Below are positions 56,651 through 64,000 of a stretch of 64,000 nt of DNA, piece after piece. The translations under genes and the position numbers were made by a program. The stretch comes from the human T2T-CHM13v2.0 reference genome, Homo sapiens, in NCBI RefSeq assembly GCF_009914755.1, contig NC_060927.1; one strand, written 5' to 3'. The notes beneath the pieces are model-generated. The model was not told the DNA's origin, ran no database searches, and saw only the letters and a list, made by a program, of their open reading frames with translations. How positions within the stretch are numbered: position 1 is the first letter of the stretch; each line of letters begins with the position of its first letter.

Positions 56651-59109
56651 CTCTCCAGCAATGAAGATGGAGAAAAACACCACAGCTCACTGGTACCTTG
56701 TTCTCACTGTCCAGGGACTCAGAGGACACCTGTGGGGCCCAGAACTGCCCTCAGCAAAACCCCAGCCCCTGCTGCTCTCAGTGGGTGGAGACAGAATGAC
56801 CCACAGTGGGCGGGGCAGCCTCTGTCCAGGGAAAGGCAGGTGTCAGTGGCTGGGGAAGGGAAAAGCAGAGGGATGGGAGATGATGTAGGGGGCGGCACGG
56901 GGACCCCAGCAGAGAGATGTCCAAAAGCTCCCCCTTGCAACATCTCCTGCAATCTCAACCCAGAGGCAGTGCCGCAATAACATGGATGGAATGGGGAAGA
57001 TGCCCCCACTGGGCTGGTCCGGGACTCTGCGCTGACCCTGCCCAGCAGCGTGCCCTGAGGAGCAGCCCTGCCTGTCCCTGTGGGTGCTCAGCCTCTGCAG
57101 AGCTGATGCTGCAAATGCTCCTCCCTGCCCAGGCTTAGGTTGTGGCGGCTCCTCAGCGATCAGCCCTCGTCCACCCAGCCAGCCTCCTGGAGTCTGGAAT
57201 GATAAAGGTGACCCATAGTGTCAGTCTCGTTCCCAAAGCTGTACCAGCTATGACCAGCCCATCTCTGTGGGGCCCTGTAAAGCGCGGCCTGGGGCTGGAC
57301 GTCGTAGGGGGTGAATGGCCCTGATGGCAAGGCCTCTGACCTGGTGCAGGGCAGCCCTTCAGCCCCCTGCAGGCGTCCGTTTCTCCAGAGCCCTGCAGAA
57401 GGGCAGCTGGCAGGCCTGAGGCCTCCACATGGCACGGCACCACCAGGACCCCAAGGTTGCTGCCCCGTATCCTCAGGATGTGCCATGCCCTTCTCGAAGG
57501 CTTCTCCTGGCCCTCCGCTCCCCGTGCCCAGCCTGCCTGGGGTTGTCAGTCACGTGACCTTCCCCCAGCATCTGCAGCCCTGGAGCTGTAAAAACAGATG
57601 GGCAGGGACTGGGGAACTCACCCTCACTCAGTCACATGCAGCCCCGGAGCCTCGGCCCTGGGAGGGGCAAGGGACAGAGATGAGGGGGAAGAGGCAGTGG
57701 AGGGGCTTTAAGCCTGGATCCCTACTCAGACGGCGGAGCCAGAAACAGCCATGGCGGAGCTGGGAGGAGTGGGTGTGGGGCGGAGGAAAAGGGAATTCCA
57801 TGTTGAGTCCCAAACAGGTGCCCAGAGAACAGCAATGTGGAGGAGCCCAGCAGGTGGCTGGAGGTACCGGCCATAAGCAGAGAGCACCAAGCAGGTGGTA
57901 CGGAATTCTGGAGAGTTCTGACGTTTAGGGCGTGGAAGAAGAGGAGCCAGGAAGATGCAGGGCGTTGGAGGACCCCGGCCACCTGTCCCTCACACTGACA
58001 GCCGAGAGGCCCGTAGCGAGTCAGGCCATGGGGGCCTTTTCTGCTGTGGGAGCTCCTGCAGAGCCACTGAGCTACACGGGCCTTCCAGCTAGTTCTGCAG
58101 GCCCACTGTGCCTCCTCCAGCCTCTCGTGCCCTGGCCCTCTGGGCACGAGATGTGTCCCACCAAGTTCCCTCCAGCCTACCTCCCCCTCTTCCTCATCCC
58201 CATCCAAGCTGGGCCTTCTCCCCAGTGATGCCCTCCAAGCCTCCTACTAATATCGACTGCCCGTTCTCTGCCTCTCACTCAAACACTTGGATCTGGACAG
58301 AATGACACCCAGACAGTACCTCAGTACCCCTCCACGAAGTAGAGATGCATCCTGCTGCCACTCTCCCCAGTCCCCAGGGCTGCACACGGCCCCCCACACT
58401 TCCAGAGCTGTCCTCCCCACCTCCCATCGCACCATCCGGCTGGCAGCTCCTTGCTCGCCGCCTGGGATCCCCTTCCTCTCTGCTCCATCCCTAGGGACAC
58501 CCTCAAGAATTCCAAATGCTGATGGCCCTTCCCTTCACCTTGACCACAGTGTCCTCAAACCACACCTAAGCTACCCACTCGGCTCTCCATGAACTTTGCG
58601 ACCAGACGCACTCTGCTCCAGTGATGGGAACTGAGATCCCTCTCTGGCGGCAGCGTCCTGACCCACCCTGCACAGAACCTGCTCATCAGACCCTTGGAAG
58701 CTCTGACCCCTGCCCCCAGATGGTCAGCCTCAATTTGCATCTCCCGGCCCCTTACCCAGTGTCATCTGCCCCCAGTACATCACTGCATGTGAGAATACAG
58801 CAGTGTGGAAAGCTGTAGAGGGCAAGGACTTGGAAGTGCCGCAAGAGGTGACAGTGACCTTGGAGAAGGAGAGGGATGGAGACCGGGAAGCCACACCCTT
58901 GGCCCTGGGGAGCGTATGAACAGCAGAGAACAGACGCCAGGGAGCCAGATGGCACCTAGAGGCAAACAGAGGACAGAGGGGAGGATATTTTCCAAAGAGG
59001 GAGAGCTGAGTATTCTGTACGCCAAGGGAAAGGGATGCATACATGAGAGAAAGACAGACTGAAGAAATACAGGGAAAACGGCAGGGTGGCTTCTTTGGGG
59101 AATGAGAAT

Positions 59110-59300
59110 AACGATAATGGCTAATATTTAGTGAGGACTTACTATGTGCCAGGCCCTGTTGTAAGTTCTTAAATGTATTCAGTATAATGTTTGTAATAAG
59201 CAAACAAGGTAGGTACTATGATTTCCATGTTCTAGATGAGGAAGCTGAGGCAGAGAGCTCTAAAACGCTTGCCCGAGGTCAGCAAGGGGAGAATTGCCAG
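59110..59300. mobile_element. MIR fragment
   Basis: cttactatgtgccaggccctg...agatgaggaagctgaggcagagag. Confidence 0.7.
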
Positions 59301-62079
59301 GCAGAAGAGCTATCCGGGAAGAGGGAACCCTGGGATGTGGCTGGGAGCAGAGAGGGACAGAAGCGAGGACAGCAGCAGTTCTGAGAGGTCAGGAAAGGAA
59401 GACATGAAGTCATCTAAGGAGGAGGAGGGGCTGGGTGTGAGAAGGGTTTGAGAAAGAGAGAATCTGTTTACAAGGGGCTCTGCGTAATACAATCGGGAAT
59501 GAATAACAGGCAAATAAAGGGTGAGGGTGTGGGCAGAGTCAGGTGACTCTGGGACTGATAAGGGGATGTGTCCCGCTCATCTTCATGTCTGGAGGGCCTG
59601 GCGTGGGCATCTGATTCACAGAAGGGCCCCCAGAACTGTTAGTTTCAAATGGATGGATTAATGAAGGAAGGCATAAGAGATTCTAAAGCTAGATGGCAGG
59701 AATTTAGGAGAATGTTGGATGAAGGCAGTGGCACAACCGTTCAGAAAGGCAGGGGCGGGAGGAGAACGTGCCTTGGGCCCAGTCACTAGAGGGAAGTGAA
59801 GACAGAGAAGGTGAGGCAGAAAAGTTGGCTCCCCAAGCCCAGGAATCCACATCTGTGACGAAGTGCTCAGTGTGACAAAGACTAGGAAGGAAGGGGCCCA
59901 GATGGTGACCTGACCTGGGGATGCCCACAGCCCTCTGGACAACACCCTTCCTAGCGCTGGCCCTGGAAGGCACCCAGCCTCCAGTACTGGGGCTTGTAGA
60001 GGGAGCAGCTGTTCAAGCCCCAGTACTTGTCACAGGGAGCAGTTCAATTCTAGTGGGAGCCCCAGGACCCAACCAGGAAACCACAGAGCCGGCAGCCAAA
60101 GCTGGTGAGGACCCACATGCACCTGGCCCAGCTGGGCAGCCAGGCCCCAGCTCAGCTCCACAACCCTCCTCTTTCCCTGAATTTAAGGGAGCGGGGGTGG
60201 GGGGGATGGGGGAGGGTTTGTCAGAGTGAAGACAAAACCACAGAGGGTCACCTTCAGAATCGGCTCACTGTCCCCGACAGCCTCATGGCGCTGGAGGTCA
60301 CAGGAGAGAGTGCCAGGACACATGGTGGGGTGTTTTCCGGGACAGCGAGCAGAGTGCAGCCATGTGTGGGAAAGGCGGCAGGGAGGGTATGTGTGGAATT
60401 TAACCTTGTGTCCCCAGTTAGACTCCATCAATCCGCACCAGCGCCCTTCACCCTCATGGGAGGGGGTGTTCCAACCCAGGAGCCAGAGGTGGCAGAGACT
60501 CCGTGGACGTGGCTCACCCAGGCACGAAGGTGCTGGGCAGTATGACCCCCGGCTGCAAACTGTGTTACTTCTCAAGATCAGAAAAAGTGGAGCGCCCTCC
60601 CATTCCATGTAAGGGCCCCCACCTTTGGCTGTCCCTGATCGCTGTCCTACACAATGTGGCATGGATCTTGGCCAAGGCAAAAATAGTAATTGGCACGGTG
60701 ACAGTGTGATGGGCCAGGCCCAGGCCCCGCCTGCAGGAGCCTGTCATGCTGAGGTGGGCAGCCCTTCTCAGATGTCACTGTGCCTGGGCTCACCTGGGAG
60801 CTCGTCAGCCACTGCATTTCTGACAAGCCCCCAGGGATCGCTAACGCTGCTGGTCCAAGAATCACACTAAAAAAAAAAAAAGCGTTTTTATGATTTTTAT
60901 AAAGAGATGAAAGCCACTGAGTTATTTTATCCTGAAAATGGCCATACAACAGGTGGCATAGCAATTTGCAAAGTATACACAGGTTCTATGCTAATACTTG
61001 TCCCGTCTTCTCCCTCTGTCACAGCGCTGAGCAGGGCCCGGGGACAGGCTTCCTGGAAGCAGCACAATAATGCTTACAGGTGCCAGGAGGGAGGCCCAGC
61101 TCCGCCACCTTCCATCGGTCTAGGGTGGAGGGAAGGCCAGGAGGCAGCAATATATCAGATTTCCACTGCCTTGAAAAAAAATGTACCAGTGCACATACAG
61201 GTTAAGAATATAGGTTCTGGGGGCAGACAGTCCCAGTCCGGAGCTTAAATCCTGGTTCTCTGCATCTACACTGGAGAAGGCACTCAAACTCTCTGTGCTG
61301 CAGGCTTCCAAATATAAACAGGGCTGCCGAGAAAATGTTATGAGGTAATGCAAGTAAAATACTCAATACATTCAGATGAGATAAGGAAAGCCACAATGTC
61401 AAGTTCAGCGAGCAGCAGTGCAGATTCTCAATGCCAAACACACCAGCCTCCCCTGTGGTCTGCAGCAGCCAGTGGGCCCTGCAACTGGTCTACCTGGCTC
61501 TGCACCCACCACCAGGGTGGGCCTGGGCAAATCACTTCCCCTGCTGGGCGCTCGGTTCCTAAACCTATTAAATGGACGAATCGGCCAGAGGATTCTTGTC
61601 AGTCCTGAAAGCCTGCAGTTCTAGGCCAGGACTAGAAGCTTCCGGGGGGCGATCACTGAACTCCAACGATTGATGATGTCTCTTTAACTGCATTCCAAGT
61701 GCGTGATTACAACATGGATTTGCTGTTGTTGTTACTTGCTTTTGTTTCAAAAACTCACTTCTATGTATTGACAAAGCCTCACGATGGATCCAGTGTGGGG
61801 CATCTGGGTGGTTTCCAATTATGGGACCTCAGCAGTGTGCTGTGTGTGTCAAGGGTGGCGGGCGCGTAAGGCAACCACTATGCTTATTTGCTTTTGCAGA
61901 GTCCTTAGGTTTGTCCTATTTGGGTGTATGCAGATTCAGTTTTCAGGAAATAGGGGTGATGAGTCTCAGGCGTTTGCCTCCCCGTCAGCCCCCCTCCCTG
62001 GTGGTCTTCCTGGAGGGCTGCTGACACCTGCCCATCTTCTCTCTCCCTCTGGTGCTACTGTCTGAGCAGCTGTGCAGGA

Positions 62080-63081
62080 GCAGGAAGGAGGAATAGGCAG
62101 GGCCAGAAAAGTTCCCTGTGTCCCTGGGACTTCCTTCCCTCAGGCATTTCGGCATAAACACACGGAACCTCGTGGGAGTACAGCAGGAAGAAAAAGTGAG
62201 GAACCCTGAAGAAGGATCTCTCGGCTGGGCACGGTGGCTCACGCCTGTAATCCCAGCACTTTGGGAGGCTGAGGCGGGTGGATCCCTTGAGGTCAGGAGT
62301 TTGAAGCCATCCTGGCTAGCATGGCGAAACTCCAACTCAACTCCACAAAAATTAGCCGGGTGTGGTGGCGCGTGCCTATAATCCCAGCTACTCGGGAGGC
62401 TGAGGCATGACAATCACTTGAACCCCGGGGGAAGGAGGTTGCAGTGAGCCGAGATCACTGGGTAACAGAGTGAAACTCCATCTCAAAAAAAAAAAGAAGG
62501 ACCTCTCCCAAACTTGCCCTCAGCCATAAGGCACCCCCCCTGCCAAGAGCCAACAGTGAGGTGCCAGGTCACATGTGGCACAGACATGGCCCCAGCCAGG
62601 AAGCCCTGCTCACCCCGTGAGATAAAGTTGCAAACTTAAGAAGCCATGTCTGCACATTTCTGCTGGCCAGCCGAATTCCACAAAGCCCCTGACTCTGTGA
62701 CAACGCTCAACCCTCCGGAGGATGAAGTGAAGACAAAACAGGATAGAGCGCCCGGCCCCCAGCGTCTCTTCCTGAGTCACTATATTCCTTAAAAGATCCA
62801 TGACCCTAGTGCTTGCCTTTTCCTACGCATAAGATCGCATCTGAAGGGGTCAGTGATGTCGCTTCTGGAGTCTCTAACCAGATGCACCCTTGCACGTAAG
62901 CCTTGATAACCCCCTGCGTATACCGAGCCTGTCTACCTGTGTGTAAACTGTGAGCTGAAACAGTCTTGGGGCAGCCTGACAGAACCTCTCGAAAGACTCC
63001 TCCCAGGCTGGAGTCCTCAGGAAACTTCTGAATAAAACGAACTTAATTCTTTAAAAGCTTGACTTTTTCCTTTGGTCAACA
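62080..63081 (+). mobile_element. ERV1-class solo LTR containing an Alu; 5' boundary uncertain
   Basis: AATAAA at 63031 and U5-like end ttctttaaaagcttgactttttcctttggtcaaCA. Confidence 0.65.
62223..62495 (+). mobile_element. Alu with an internal deletion in the right arm, inserted in the LTR
   Basis: gagatcactg|ggtaacagag lacks the usual cactccagcct segment; TSD-like agaagga(t/c)ctctc. Confidence 0.92.
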
Positions 63082-63395
63082 CCCTCCCTGCTGAGATGAT
63101 CCCTGGGGCCTCTCCTCAGGCTTTCCTGACACCAGAGGTCCTTCTCCTCATCTCCTCCTCAGAAGTCAGGGTCATCCCTACATCCAGGCTGGCAATAAAT
63201 ATTTGTTCAAGCCTATTATGGACAAGCACCATGCCCAGAAAAATGACGAGGAGGAGGAGAAGAACACCTCTCCCCATTCACAGGAATCATTACCCAGCTA
63301 TATGTACATTATCTCAATTCCTCACAACTACCTACGGTCAGTATTATTTCCATTTTACGGACGAGGAAATGGAGGCCCAGAGAGTTACTGCGCCT

Positions 63396-63691
63396 GGCGG
63401 TGCACAGTGGCTCATGCCGCTAATCCCAGCACTTTGGGAGGCCGAGGAAAGCAGATCACTTGCAGTCAGGAGTTTGAGACCAGCCCGGCCAACACAGCAA
63501 AACTCCATCTCTACTAAAAATACAAAAATCATCCAGGCGCGGTGGCAGGCACCCGTAGTCCCAGCTCCTCAAGGTGCTGAGGCAGGAGCATGGTTTGAAC
63601 CCAGGAGGCAGAGGTTGCAGCGAGCCGAGATTGCACCACGGCACTCCAGCCTGGGTGACAGTGAGTGAAAATCGGTCTCAAAAAAAAAAAA
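63396..63691 (+). mobile_element. Alu next to a MIR fragment (63320-63390)
   Basis: Alu consensus with A tail; upstream ccattttacggacgaggaaatggaggcccagagag. Confidence 0.92.
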
Positions 63692-64000
63692 GTGATGTGC
63701 TGATGGTCACACATTCTGCCTTTTGCTGCATTAACTCAGAAAGAGCTCATCTCCTGTGCTCTCACCAAGTTCAGAGCTGGAGTGAGAAATAACATCACAG
63801 AAAGGATTCCTAGCGGGCTTTGGTTCTCTGGGAAGGTCCGGCTGGTAAGGCAGAAAAGCAGAAAAGCAGAAAACAGGCTATGAGGTCTGAATTGCATCAG
63901 GCCAGTTCCAACCACAGAGCAGGCTGTGGGTGAGGATGGGAAGATGGCAGGGATCAGCTAGGCTGCTCCCTGCCCCAGGGATACTTAGAGGCAGGAGGCC

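Noticed and set aside
63850-63873. (GCAGAAAA)3 short repeat
   Set aside because: A trivial slippage repeat with no evidence of function.

Overview
This is primate, very probably human, genomic DNA. The only protein-coding sequence I can support is the terminal coding exon of XXYLT1 (xyloside xylosyltransferase 1, GT8 family; human 3q29) on the minus strand at 49364-49760. It has a strong branch point, polypyrimidine tract and AG acceptor, a 3'UTR of about 1.4 kb containing an Alu, and an AATAAA poly(A) signal at 47946-47951. Positions 49761-64000 are part of the last XXYLT1 intron; 1 to about 47900 is downstream intergenic DNA. The window is repeat-rich: 23 Alus, several antisense L1 fragments, MaLR/ERV1/ERVL LTRs, MIR/L2 pieces and hAT-type MER relics. 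It also has two sizeable minisatellites: a 12-unit VNTR inside an apparent L2 (34776-35244) and a 1.5 kb G-rich VNTR with two unit lengths just past the poly(A) site (44947-46444). Almost all other ORFs in the track are Alu, L1, VNTR or GC-content artefacts. I found no convincing undescribed biological system; the findings are modest structural or regulatory leads. Repeat subfamily names come from memory of consensus sequences and need RepeatMasker/Dfam confirmation.
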